Assembly: GCA_018333995.1 (NCBI GenBank)
Contig: JAGXSG010000022.1
Location: 15,699 to 79,698, forward strand
DNA from: Clostridiales bacterium
GTDB lineage: Bacteria; Actinomycetota; Coriobacteriia; Anaerosomatales; SLCP01
Length of the DNA: 64,000 nt
Reading direction: 5' to 3'
Below, one piece after another: positions 28,166 to 38,089 of this stretch. Position numbers and translations under genes: made by a program. Within the stretch, counting starts at the first letter, position 1. Each line of letters begins with the position of its first letter. The notes beneath the pieces are model-generated. The model saw only the letters and a program-made list of their open reading frames with translations. It ran no database searches and had not been told where the DNA came from.

Positions 28166-29078
28166 TCCAGACCGATCAGCCGATGGGAACTTGGGTGCAC
28201 ACGCGGCAACGGATCGCTTTCTTATGCACCTCTCCCACGAGCGGGGCCTCTCGCCCAATACGGTTCGTGCCTACGCAGGTGACCTGCGCGCGTTCCTTGA
28301 GTGGGCTGACCGGTGCGAGCTAGCCGTATTTGATCTGTCTCACCGCGACGTTCGCCGGTTTCTCGGCGAGCTCGATTCCGCTGGCTACGCCCGTAAAACG
28401 ATCGCGCGGCGGTTTTCGGCCGTCCGGGCCTACTACTCTTACCTGGCAAGCGCCGGTGTAATCGACGCAGACCCCACGCAGGCGGTGCACACTCCGCGAA
28501 TCACCAGAAAGATGCCGTCAATCGCAGCCCAACACGAACTCCGCCTGCTGCTTGACGCACCCGATCCCGCCACGCCAGCTGGCCTGAGAGATCGAGCTAT
28601 CCTAGAGACCCTCTATGCAACCGGGGTGCGTGCAGCGGAGCTTTGCGGCTTGACACTCAATACACTCGACGTGGTTGCGGGTTTGATGACCGTGCATGGT
28701 AAGGGCGGACGTGACCGCATCGTGCCTCTACATCGCTTTGCGATACGTCGGCTCAGCGCCTATCTTAACGAGGGGCGCCCCTTCCTAATCCGGCAAGCCA
28801 CAGATGCAGTATTTCTCTCAACGCGTGGAAATCCCATCACTCCAGATGCGCTTCGACGGGTTCTCAAGCGCCACCTTATGACCGCCGGAGTGACGGCGGG
28901 CCACACGCCGCACACTCTGCGGCACTCCTTCGCAACACATTTGCTCGAAGGGGGGGCTGACTTGCGCACGGTTCAGGAACTGCTCGGTCACGTTGCGCTG
29001 ACCACCACGCAGTTCTATACTCACGTGAGCACGAAGCGAGTACAGGACGTGCACAGACGTGCACATCCCCGCGCCTAG
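28158..29078 (+). CDS. xerC: Tyrosine recombinase XerC/XerD family
   Basis: LSPNTVRAYAGDL SAM-like N domain. Catalytic residues in ATGVRAAEL and HTLRHSFATHLLEGGADLRTVQELLGHVALTTTQFYTHV. GTG 28158 and TTG 28191 are both possible starts. The ORF-track start 27945 lies inside trmFO. Confidence 0.9.
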   Translation: MHDPDRSADGNLGAHAATDRFLMHLSHERGLSPNTVRAYAGDLRAFLEWADRCELAVFDLSHRDVRRFLGELDSAGYARKTIARRFSAVRAYYSYLASAGVIDADPTQAVHTPRITRKMPSIAAQHELRLLLDAPDPATPAGLRDRAILETLYATGVRAAELCGLTLNTLDVVAGLMTVHGKGGRDRIVPLHRFAIRRLSAYLNEGRPFLIRQATDAVFLSTRGNPITPDALRRVLKRHLMTAGVTAGHTPHTLRHSFATHLLEGGADLRTVQELLGHVALTTTQFYTHVSTKRVQDVHRRAHPRA

Positions 29079-29118
29079 GGGCCGCGTGCGTGCCGGCGCG
29101 AGCGAGGGGCATGGCTAC

Positions 29119-29904
29119 ATGAAGAGCGACCCACGGACGGACGCATCCGCCCTCTGGGCCAAATACAAGGAGACCGGTGACGCGGACGCGCGCGAGCACT
29201 TGATCCTCAACTACTCACCCCTCGTTAAGTATGTCGCGGGCCGTGTATCCACAAGCCTCCCGCAAACGGTTGATACCGCCGACCTCGTGAGCTACGGGCT
29301 GTTCGGGCTGATCGACGCTATTGAGAAGTTCGATCTCGATCGCAACATCAAGTTCGAGACGTACGCTATCGCACGAATCAAGGGTGCGATCATCGACGAG
29401 CTCCGCTCGATGGACTGGGTGCCGCGCTCGGTCCGTTCACGCGCGCGAGAGATCGAAAATGCATACATCGTCTTGGAGAACCGTCTGCGCAGGGCGCCAA
29501 CCGATCCTGAAATCGCCGAGGAGATCGGCGTGTCGACGGGTGATCTGAGGGATATCCTCTCGAAGCTTTCGTACACCTCGGTGGTATCTTTCGAAGAGTT
29601 GTGGATAGGAGGCGCAGACAGGGAAGACCGCGGTGACGGCGCATCTTCGATACCTGACCACAACGCCGATGATCCCGTCGCCTCCTTCGAGAGCGCAGAG
29701 GTGCGTGAAATCCTCACGGGGGCCATCGAACGCCTCCCGGAGCGTGAGCGCATCGTGATCGCGCTCTACTACTACGAGGGACTCACCCTCAAAGAGATCG
29801 GACGCGTGTTGGGGGTCACAGAATCGCGTGTGAGCCAACTCCACACCAAAGCCGTCCTCCGGCTGCGAGCAAGACTTCACTCGGCCCAAGTGTACGTCGA
29901 CTGA
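29119..29904 (+). CDS. RNA polymerase sigma factor, FliA/WhiG (sigma-28) family
   Basis: 261 aa from ATG 29119. LILNYSPLVKYVAGRV (region 2.1/2.2), FETYAIARIKGAIIDELRSMDWVPRSVR (region 2.4/3 signature of FliA/WhiG), region 4 LTLKEIGRVLGVTESRVSQLHTKA. Confidence 0.9.
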   Translation: MKSDPRTDASALWAKYKETGDADAREHLILNYSPLVKYVAGRVSTSLPQTVDTADLVSYGLFGLIDAIEKFDLDRNIKFETYAIARIKGAIIDELRSMDWVPRSVRSRAREIENAYIVLENRLRRAPTDPEIAEEIGVSTGDLRDILSKLSYTSVVSFEELWIGGADREDRGDGASSIPDHNADDPVASFESAEVREILTGAIERLPERERIVIALYYYEGLTLKEIGRVLGVTESRVSQLHTKAVLRLRARLHSAQVYVD

Positions 29905-29932
29905 CACAGACAAGACGCGAAGGGACGAACAC

Positions 29933-30523
29933 ATGAATCAGCCGCGGATACTCGTGGTCGAAGACACCCGGCTACTTCGCAAGATCTACACCGAGAAGCT
30001 TACCGATGAGGGCTATCAGGTGTTTTCGGCGGGAGATGGAGCGGAAGCCCTCGAAATCATGCGTCGCGAGATCATCGACCTCGTGTTGCTCGACCTCATC
30101 ATGCCCAAGATGAGTGGCCTTGAGGTACTCCAAACGATGCACGGCGACCCGCGCCTCAGTCAGATTCCAGTGCTTATCTTGTCCAACTTAGGACAGCAAT
30201 CCGACATCGAGCGCGGCATCGAGATGGGCGCCATCGACTACCTCATCAAGAATGAAGCCAAACCCATTGAGGTTGCCGAGAAGATCCGGGCCACTCTCGA
30301 GTTCATGGCGGGTCGACACTCTCCGGTCGAAACCTTTCGCCTGATGGTCAAAGATCGCGAGTGCGACGCTGAACGTTTCATCCAACATGCGCGATTGCCT
30401 CGGCGACTCTGGTGCCCCGCGTGCGAAGTCGAACTCGTTATCGAGCTCGTTTCCCAGCCGGACAGGCTCGGCTGGTACGACGCCCACGTGGTCTGCCCAA
30501 TGTGCGCGAAGGCGTTTGGGTAG
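29933..30523 (+). CDS. Single-domain-type response regulator: CheY-like receiver fused to a novel C-terminal CxxC-x23-CxxC zinc-ribbon domain
   Basis: 196 aa. The receiver is intact: E10-D11, phospho-acceptor D54 in LVLLDLIMP, S84, K106. Residues 125-196 carry C161-x2-C164-x23-C188-x2-C191. No HTH or known output domain is recognisable. Confidence 0.85.
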   Translation: MNQPRILVVEDTRLLRKIYTEKLTDEGYQVFSAGDGAEALEIMRREIIDLVLLDLIMPKMSGLEVLQTMHGDPRLSQIPVLILSNLGQQSDIERGIEMGAIDYLIKNEAKPIEVAEKIRATLEFMAGRHSPVETFRLMVKDRECDAERFIQHARLPRRLWCPACEVELVIELVSQPDRLGWYDAHVVCPMCAKAFG

Positions 30524-30546
30524 CGCTTCTGTCATTCACTTGCCGA

Positions 30547-30557
30547 TGTGTTACGAT
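30547..30557 (+). promoter_or_regulatory. Candidate extended -10 promoter (TGTGT-TACGAT) for rpsB-tsf
   Basis: TRTGn + TACGAT, about 130 nt upstream of the rpsB ATG. Confidence 0.45.
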
Positions 30558-30603
30558 ACTCCGGCTTTTATCACACACACCCGCCGACTCCGGAGGTTCG
30601 GTG

Positions 30604-30626
30604 ACTTGCTGTCGCTGACAGCAAGT
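30604..30626 (+). promoter_or_regulatory. 9-bp hairpin in the rpsB 5' leader
   Basis: ACTTGCTGT-cgctg-ACAGCAAGT, a perfect stem. Lies between the candidate promoter and the SD. Confidence 0.4.
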
Positions 30627-30685
30627 AGACCTGCCGGGGAACGACAGCGGGTGGAGGACGAACCAGAATCGAAGGAGGTACCATC

Positions 30686-31510
30686 ATGCCTGTCGTCTCG
30701 ATGAGGAGTCTTCTCGAGGCCGGTGTCCACTTCGGACACCAGACCCGCCGCTGGAACCCGAAGATGCAACCGTATATCTTCACCGAACGTAGCGGGATAT
30801 ACATCTTCGACTTGCAGCGCACGCTCCGTGAACTCGACACCGCTTACCGGTTCACCCGTGACGTCGCGGCCAGGGGAGGTCACATCCTCTTCGTAGGCAC
30901 CAAAAAGCAAGCGCAAGAGCCGATTCAATCCGAGGCCGAGCGCTCTGGCAATCCGTACGTGAACCAGCGCTGGCTGGGTGGGATGCTCACCAACTTTGTC
31001 ACCATGCGCACACGTGTCGACCGCCTCGTCGAACTCGAGACCATGATCGAGAACGGCACCATGAACGCTCTTCCCAAGAAGGAACAAATCCTGCTCGGCA
31101 AGGAGCGCGACAAGCTCGATCGGAACCTTTCGGGTATCCGTGAGATGAAAACGTTGCCATCCGCGATGTTCTTGGTGGACACCAAGCGTGAAGCCATCGC
31201 CGTTGCCGAGGCGCGCCGACTGAACATTCCGATCATCGGACTGGTCGACACTAACGCTGACCCTGACGAAGTCGACTTTGTCATCCCAGCCAACGACGAC
31301 GCGATCCGTTCTGTCGCCTTGATGTGCCGCGTCATCGCTGATGCTTCCATCGAGGGACGCGCGGCGCTTGAAGGCCCGTCTGTCGAAGCTGCCGCGACCG
31401 CTCCAGCTTCCAAGGCCGTTGCCGCGTCCGTCCCGGAGTCCGCTGAAGAGCCCCCCTCAGAGGTGATTGAGACTGCGGAGGCCGCCGAGACAACTGAGGC
31501 GGTCGAGTAA
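30686..31510 (+). CDS. rpsB: 30S ribosomal protein S2
   Basis: [19 protein letters not shown] and VGTKKQAQ. Acidic Ala/Glu tail. SD GAAGGAGG upstream. Confidence 0.96.
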   Translation: MPVVSMRSLLEAGVHFGHQTRRWNPKMQPYIFTERSGIYIFDLQRTLRELDTAYRFTRDVAARGGHILFVGTKKQAQEPIQSEAERSGNPYVNQRWLGGMLTNFVTMRTRVDRLVELETMIENGTMNALPKKEQILLGKERDKLDRNLSGIREMKTLPSAMFLVDTKREAIAVAEARRLNIPIIGLVDTNADPDEVDFVIPANDDAIRSVALMCRVIADASIEGRAALEGPSVEAAATAPASKAVAASVPESAEEPPSEVIETAEAAETTEAVE

Positions 31511-31562
31511 ACAGCACACCTCGGAGTACAAGACCCAACTAGCCGTAATGGGAGATGCGTCA

Positions 31563-32462
31563 ATGGAGATCACTGCCAAGATGGTTAAGGACCTGCGCGA
31601 GTGCACTGGCGCGGGCATGATGGAGTGCAAGAAGGCCCTCACAGAATCCCAAGGGGATATGGATGCCGCTGTTGATATTTTGCGCACCAAGGGCCTAGCG
31701 GCGCTGGCAAAGAAGGCGGGCCGCGCCACCAACGAAGGAGTCATCGGCGGGTATGTAAGTGATGACGGGCGCACAGGCGCGCTCGTTGAGCTGAACTGCG
31801 AGACCGACTTCGTCGCCCGCAACGCCGATTTCAAGACCTTTGTCACCGAAATCGCGACGCATGTTGCGGGTGCGGCCCCGTCGGACATCTCGGAACTGAT
31901 GGCGCAGACCTTCACCGACCGAGACATGACGTTTGAGGCCGTGCTCGGCGAGAGTGTCGGACGAATCGGCGAGAACATCCAAGTTCCTCGCTTTGAGCGC
32001 TACGAACTTGGTTCGGATGCGGGCGCTATCACGATCTACATCCACGGTGTAGGAAACATCGGAGTGATGACCGAGATTGCCGCCACAAGCGACGAAGCCG
32101 CGACCTCCACCGTCTTCGCGGCGTTCGCCCGCGACATCGCGATGCAGATCGCGGCCACGTCACCGATCGCCGTGCATCGTGACGACATGCCCTCCAGCAT
32201 CGTTGAGCATGAGATGGACATATACAAAGCACAGGCAGCCGAGAGCGGCAAACCTGAAGCCATTCAGGAGAAGATCGCTCGCGGCCGTCTCGACAAGTTC
32301 TACAAGGAAGTCTGTCTTCTCGAGCAGGATTTTGTGAAGGATCCGGACTCCAGCGTTTCCGCGTATACGGATCGCGTCGCAAAGGAACTGGGGACCGGAA
32401 TCGAAATCGTCCGGTTCACGCGTTTCGTGCTCGGAGAGACCGCGGAATCCTCGGATCAGTGA
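31563..32462 (+). CDS. tsf: Translation elongation factor Ts
   Basis: MEITAKMVKDLRECTGAGMMECKKAL UBA-like N-terminus. GGGAG lies 9 nt upstream of ATG 31563. The ORF-track start 31467 lies inside rpsB. Confidence 0.95.
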   Translation: MEITAKMVKDLRECTGAGMMECKKALTESQGDMDAAVDILRTKGLAALAKKAGRATNEGVIGGYVSDDGRTGALVELNCETDFVARNADFKTFVTEIATHVAGAAPSDISELMAQTFTDRDMTFEAVLGESVGRIGENIQVPRFERYELGSDAGAITIYIHGVGNIGVMTEIAATSDEAATSTVFAAFARDIAMQIAATSPIAVHRDDMPSSIVEHEMDIYKAQAAESGKPEAIQEKIARGRLDKFYKEVCLLEQDFVKDPDSSVSAYTDRVAKELGTGIEIVRFTRFVLGETAESSDQ

Positions 32463-32470
32463 CGCAAGGC

Positions 32471-33313
<843 letters not shown>

Positions 33314-33314
<1 letters not shown>

Positions 33315-33871
33315 TGACCGCAGCGACGATCAAAGATGCGTCGGAACACATGGACAAAACGCTCGCTTCGCTGGCGCATGAGTTTGCAGCTGTGCGAACA
33401 GGTCGAGCATCTGGCGCGATCTTAGAGAAGGTGATGGTGGAGTACTACGGGGTAGCGACCCCACTCCTTCAGATTGCGTCAGTGAGCACCCCTGAACCGC
33501 AGCTCCTTGTCGTTCAACCGTACGACAAGACGGCGATGAACGCGATCGAGAAGGCGATACGCGGTTCCGATCTCGGGCTGAACCCCATGAACGACGGCCA
33601 GCTCATCAGAGTCCCATTCCCGCCGCTCACCGAAGAGCGCCGAAGGGAACTTGTCAAGATATGCCGTGGCTATACGGAGGAAGCGCGCGTCGCATGCCGC
33701 AACATTCGGCGTGAAGCTAATGAAAGAATAAAGAGGGCCGAGAAGGCGGGGGAGATCACCCAAGACGACCTGCACCGCGCCGAGGCCGAGATTCAGAAGA
33801 TCACGGACAAGCACATCGCCGATATCGACGAAGCGCTCAAGCGCAAAGAAGCAGAGATCATGGAGGTCTAG
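33314..33871 (+). CDS. frr: Ribosome recycling factor
   Basis: 185 aa. ATG shares one nt with the pyrH TGA. RTGRASGAILEKV and LNPMNDGQLIRVPFPPLTEERR. Confidence 0.95.
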
Positions 33872-33875
33872 TCCC

Positions 33876-34652
33876 GTGACTTCACGTGACGTCGTCGTTC
33901 CTTCCTTCTTCGCGAGCCCACCTGGTCCAGAGCTTTTCGCGCGCATTGACCGCGCACGTATTCCCGCACACATCGCTGTCATCATGGACGGCAACGGTAG
34001 ATGGGCGGCCGCACGCGGTTTGCCTCGGGTCGCCGGCCACCGCGAGGGAGCTAAGGCGGTGCGCGAGCTAATCGCTGGCGCAATTGAGCTTGGTGTCAAG
34101 TCACTCACCATTTACTCGTTTTCATCCGAGAACTGGTCGCGTCCCAAAGACGAGGTGTCTGGACTGATGCTCCTCTTCGTCGAAGTGCTCGAACGCGAGC
34201 TTGCGAATCTGGAGAAGTTGCGAGTCCGGGTCCTCGTAGCTGGAGCGATCGACGAACTTCCAGATGAGACCGCTGATGCCTTCCGCAGAACCATCGAGCG
34301 TACCGCCCTCAACGATGTCCTCACTTTGGTAGTCGCTCTCAACTACGGTGGCCGTGAGGAAATCGCGAACGCTGTCCGGTCGATAGCGCGCGAGGTCAAA
34401 GCGGGAGACCTTGACCCGTCCGCGATCACGGAACACACGGTTGCCGAGCATCTATACGTTCCCGAAGTACCTGATCCAGACCTCGTCATCCGCACAAGCG
34501 GGGAAATGCGTGTGTCAAACTTCCTTCTGTGGCAGATCGCCTACGCCGAGTTTTACGTCACCAGCGTCCTTTGGCCGGATTTCGACCGGCATGAGCTCTT
34601 GCGCGCGATCCTTGATTTCCAGTCTCGCTCCCGCCGCTTCGGGGGTCGATGA
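33876..34652 (+). CDS. uppS: Isoprenyl transferase / undecaprenyl-diphosphate synthase
   Basis: HIAVIMDGNGRWA, FSSENWSRP, RTSGEMRVSNFLLWQ. Confidence 0.94.
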   Translation: MTSRDVVVPSFFASPPGPELFARIDRARIPAHIAVIMDGNGRWAAARGLPRVAGHREGAKAVRELIAGAIELGVKSLTIYSFSSENWSRPKDEVSGLMLLFVEVLERELANLEKLRVRVLVAGAIDELPDETADAFRRTIERTALNDVLTLVVALNYGGREEIANAVRSIAREVKAGDLDPSAITEHTVAEHLYVPEVPDPDLVIRTSGEMRVSNFLLWQIAYAEFYVTSVLWPDFDRHELLRAILDFQSRSRRFGGR

Positions 34653-34653
34653 G

Positions 34654-35487
34654 GTGGCCGATGCGACCTCTCGCCCCGCTTTGGGGCTGTCAAGCCTGCC
34701 CACTAGACTCACTACCGCGATCGCCTACGCCGCCGTCTTTTGCGCCGCGATCATCTGGGGCGGCCCGTTTGCGGTAGCCGTGCTTTGCGCGTTGTTGGCT
34801 GGTGGCGCCGCGCTCGAGCTTACCCGCATCATCCATGACCGCCGCGTCGGTTTGGGGAGTGATTTCCTTGCCGTGGCCTTCTGCGCGATAACACCGATCG
34901 CCGTCACCCTCTGGGGATCTTCCGCCTTGTCCGTGATTGCAGTCTTGGCATTGACGTCGATTGCGATTCGGCATTTAGTGCAAACGATCCCGCTTAGCGA
35001 ATCGTCCGCAAGCCTGTTCGCGATCGTCTATCTGGGGTTGTCCATCGCTCACTTCCCGATGATTCGCGCACTCGAAGACGGACTGGCTCTATCACTCACC
35101 GTTCTCATCAGCGTCTGGGCCAACGACGTGTTCGCCTTCGTCGTCGGCTCGGTTTTTGGCCGGCACAAACTCGCCCCCAGCATCTCCCCAAACAAGTCAT
35201 GGGAAGGTTTTGTGGCCGGAACGTGCGCGACGATAGCCGTGTGGGTGGCTGCCGCTTCGTTCGCCGATACCGGGCTTGACGCCGCGTGGAGTGTGGCCAT
35301 GGGCCTCCTCATCGCATTAGTAGCCACTGGCGGAGACCTATTCGAGTCCCGTATCAAGCGTGAAGCAGGGGTGAAAGACTCCGGCAACGCTCTTCCCGGA
35401 CACGGTGGCTTTCTTGACCGCATCGACAGCCTTGTGGCGGTTTCCTTCGTTGCCTACTACGCGCTTCTGTTCGCGGGTGCCAAGTGA
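34654..35487 (+). CDS. cdsA: Phosphatidate cytidylyltransferase
   Basis: Polytopic membrane protein. CDS signature SRIKREAGVKDSGNALPGHGGFLDRIDS. GTG 34654 is the first start after the uppS stop. The ORF-track start 34411 lies inside uppS. Confidence 0.88.
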   Translation: MADATSRPALGLSSLPTRLTTAIAYAAVFCAAIIWGGPFAVAVLCALLAGGAALELTRIIHDRRVGLGSDFLAVAFCAITPIAVTLWGSSALSVIAVLALTSIAIRHLVQTIPLSESSASLFAIVYLGLSIAHFPMIRALEDGLALSLTVLISVWANDVFAFVVGSVFGRHKLAPSISPNKSWEGFVAGTCATIAVWVAAASFADTGLDAAWSVAMGLLIALVATGGDLFESRIKREAGVKDSGNALPGHGGFLDRIDSLVAVSFVAYYALLFAGAK

Positions 35488-36638
35488 TGGGACGCATCCG
35501 TCTTGCGGTACTCGGATCAACCGGATCTATCGGACGCCAGACTCTCGAGGTGGCAGCCGCACATGCAGACCGTGTCGAGGTCGTCGCACTCGCCGCGCAC
35601 TCCTCGGCGAAGCTTATCGTTGAACAAGCGGTGGCTCACGGCGTCAAGCGCATCGCCCTTGCCGATGAGCGCGCGGCGGACCGTGCGGCACAGCTGACGA
35701 GCGGCCTGGACGTGACAGTCGCCTCAGGCGCACCGGCGGTAGCCCACATCGCTGTGGCGTCCGATGCCGATGTCGTGGTGAACGCACTTGTGGGGGCGGT
35801 CGGTCTGCGCGCTACGGTGAATTCGCTCGAATCGGGCGCCACGCTTGGACTCGCGAACAAGGAGTCTTTAGTCGCGGGTGGCGACCTTGTGATGCGGTTA
35901 GCTCGTCCCGGACGCGTTATCCCTGTCGACTCGGAACACTCGGCCATTTTCCAGTGCCTTACTGGCGAAGACGCACGTGACGTGACGGCCCTTTGGCTCA
36001 CGGCGAGCGGTGGACCGTTTCGCGGCCGTACCCGCGAGCAACTCATCAACGTCACTGCCGAGGATGCGCTGGCGCATCCCACCTGGCGCATGGGGCGAAA
36101 AATCTCCATAGACTCGGCCACGCTCATGAACAAGGGACTCGAGGCGATCGAGGCCCACCACTTGTTCGCCGTCGACTATGACCGCATCCGGATTGTGGTT
36201 CATCCGCAGTCTTGCATTCATTCGATGGTTGAGTACGCCGACGGTTCGGTGAAGGCGCACCTCGGTGCAACGGATATGCGCATCCCGATACAGTACGCTC
36301 TTTCACACCCGCGCAGATGGCACGCACCGGTAGAACCCGTCGACTTCGCACGTGCGGGATCACTCGATTTTGAGCCTCCGGACATCGAGACATTCCGGTG
36401 CCTAGCGCTCGCTTTCGAAGCGGGACGCGCAGGCGGCACGATGCCGGCGGTTCTCAACGCAGCCAACGAAGTCGCGGTAGCGGCGTTTCTTGGCGGAGCA
36501 TGCGGATTCACCGCCATCGAAGCCGCGGTGGAACGTGTGATGGAGGCGCACAACGCAGAAACGATCGATTCGCTCGAACACATCGAAGCGGTCGACGCGT
36601 GGGCCAGGACACGAGCGGCAGACGTGTTACGGCTTTGA
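35484..36638 (+). CDS. dxr: 1-deoxy-D-xylulose-5-phosphate reductoisomerase
   Basis: VLGSTGSIGRQTL NADPH fold, LANKESLV, DSEHSAIFQC. GTGATG overlaps the cdsA stop. Confidence 0.95.
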   Translation: MMGRIRLAVLGSTGSIGRQTLEVAAAHADRVEVVALAAHSSAKLIVEQAVAHGVKRIALADERAADRAAQLTSGLDVTVASGAPAVAHIAVASDADVVVNALVGAVGLRATVNSLESGATLGLANKESLVAGGDLVMRLARPGRVIPVDSEHSAIFQCLTGEDARDVTALWLTASGGPFRGRTREQLINVTAEDALAHPTWRMGRKISIDSATLMNKGLEAIEAHHLFAVDYDRIRIVVHPQSCIHSMVEYADGSVKAHLGATDMRIPIQYALSHPRRWHAPVEPVDFARAGSLDFEPPDIETFRCLALAFEAGRAGGTMPAVLNAANEVAVAAFLGGACGFTAIEAAVERVMEAHNAETIDSLEHIEAVDAWARTRAADVLRL

Positions 36639-36814
36639 GCACGGAACGCGCGTCTCGAAACGATTCCGCTCACGTGTCGCAAGACGCCGCGAGCGAGAAA
36701 TCGCTTTCCAATGATGGCGCAGCGTTTGCACCGCATGTCACACGGAGATGAACCGATGAGCGAGAATGCCCGACAGACACCGCTCGACCCTTAAGACACC
36801 GAGGAGCACCGCGT

Positions 36815-38077
36815 ATGCCTGAAGCACTCACCACCATTCTCTGGGGCGTCTTGACCTTCTCGATCCTTGTGATCCTCCACGAAGGTGGCCACTACATTGC
36901 CGCGCGGGCGTTTCGCGTGAAGGTGCACGAGTTCATGGTGGGTCTGCCCGGACCAGCGATCCGCATCAACACCAAGTCAGGAACCGCATTTGGCGTGACC
37001 GCGATCCCTCTGGGCGGGTACGTGCGTATCGCGGGGATGGAACCAGGTCCGGAAGATCCGCTCCTCGCGCGTGCGCTTCAAGCGGCCGCTGTCGAGGGCC
37101 GGATAGACGCAAGCAGACTTGCTGGAGCGATCGGTGTCGACACGAATCGCGCTAGCTCACTTCTTGTCACCCTCGCGGACTGGGGAGTGCTCACGCCGGC
37201 AGACGATGATGACATCTCGTATGTCTCCACCATCAGCGCCACCTACGACGACGATCCGGCCCTGCTACTCGACGCTGCCCGGTCGGTCACCTACCGGGCC
37301 CTGTCCACGTGGAAACGGCTCGTGGTGCTATCCGCTGGCGTGCTCGTAAACCTCGTAGCTGCGATTCTCGTGTTTACAGTCGTGCTTTCGGTGTGGGGAT
37401 ACTACACGCAATCACTCACACTCTACGACGTGAGTGAAGGGTCAGGGGCACAGGCTGCGGGCCTTCAGGCTGGCGACACGATCGTCGCGATCGATGACGA
37501 GCCCATCGATGACTGGATGGAGCTCATCACCGTGGTGGGAGCAGCCAAACCCGGCGAGACGCTTCGACTCGACTATCGACGTGAAGGTGATATCGGCGAA
37601 ACCGGCGTGGTTCTCGGCCAGACCCCCGAAGGCCGTCCCCAACTCGGTATCGTCGCGGATGTCGAACACATCACCTTAAGCGTGCCGGACGCCTTCGTCG
37701 AGGGTGTCAAGATGACCGGCTTGGTCTTCCAGGCCATCGGAAGGTTCTTCAACCCCGCAACGTTTGCCGAGGCCGCCGAGGGTGCCCGCAGTGTCGTGGG
37801 GATCACCGTTGAAGTCGCCGAAGCGGCACGGACCGGTCCGCTCAACTACGCGTGGATCGTCGCGCTCCTCTCGCTTTCCCTCGGAGTCATGAACATCTTG
37901 CCGATTCCCCCTCTCGACGGAGGCCGCATTCTTATCGAAGTGATCGAGCGAATTACGGGACGGCCGCTTGGGCGGCGTCTGGCAGTCGGAGTGAGCATCA
38001 CTGGGGCGCTACTGCTTTTCAGCCTGATCGGTGTGCTCATGTACGCTGACGTCATGAGGTATTTCGTTACGCCGTGA
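36815..38077 (+). CDS. rseP: RIP metalloprotease RseP/RasP (M50 site-2 protease with PDZ domain)
   Basis: HEGGHY HExxH motif in TM1, central PDZ (GLQAGDTIVAIDD), NILPIPPLDGG motif. Confidence 0.9.
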   Translation: MPEALTTILWGVLTFSILVILHEGGHYIAARAFRVKVHEFMVGLPGPAIRINTKSGTAFGVTAIPLGGYVRIAGMEPGPEDPLLARALQAAAVEGRIDASRLAGAIGVDTNRASSLLVTLADWGVLTPADDDDISYVSTISATYDDDPALLLDAARSVTYRALSTWKRLVVLSAGVLVNLVAAILVFTVVLSVWGYYTQSLTLYDVSEGSGAQAAGLQAGDTIVAIDDEPIDDWMELITVVGAAKPGETLRLDYRREGDIGETGVVLGQTPEGRPQLGIVADVEHITLSVPDAFVEGVKMTGLVFQAIGRFFNPATFAEAAEGARSVVGITVEVAEAARTGPLNYAWIVALLSLSLGVMNILPIPPLDGGRILIEVIERITGRPLGRRLAVGVSITGALLLFSLIGVLMYADVMRYFVTP

Positions 38078-38089
38078 GGAGGCTGACAC

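Noticed and set aside
28158-29078. The tyrosine recombinase as a marker of an integrated mobile element or genomic island.
   Set aside because: It sits in the conserved trmFO-xerC position. It has the XerC/D-type N-terminal and catalytic motifs, and it has no flanking repeats, tRNA gene, or phage or transposon genes. It is a chromosomal dimer-resolution recombinase.
36639-36814. Unusually long (176 nt) gap between dxr and rseP. It includes a 27-codon ATG ORF (36711-36794) and small GNRA-capped stems such as AGCGA-gaaa-TCGCT.
   Set aside because: The mini-ORF has no SD and no distinctive composition. The stems are only 3-5 bp, and I recognise no riboswitch or RNA-family layout. This is insufficient evidence for a feature.
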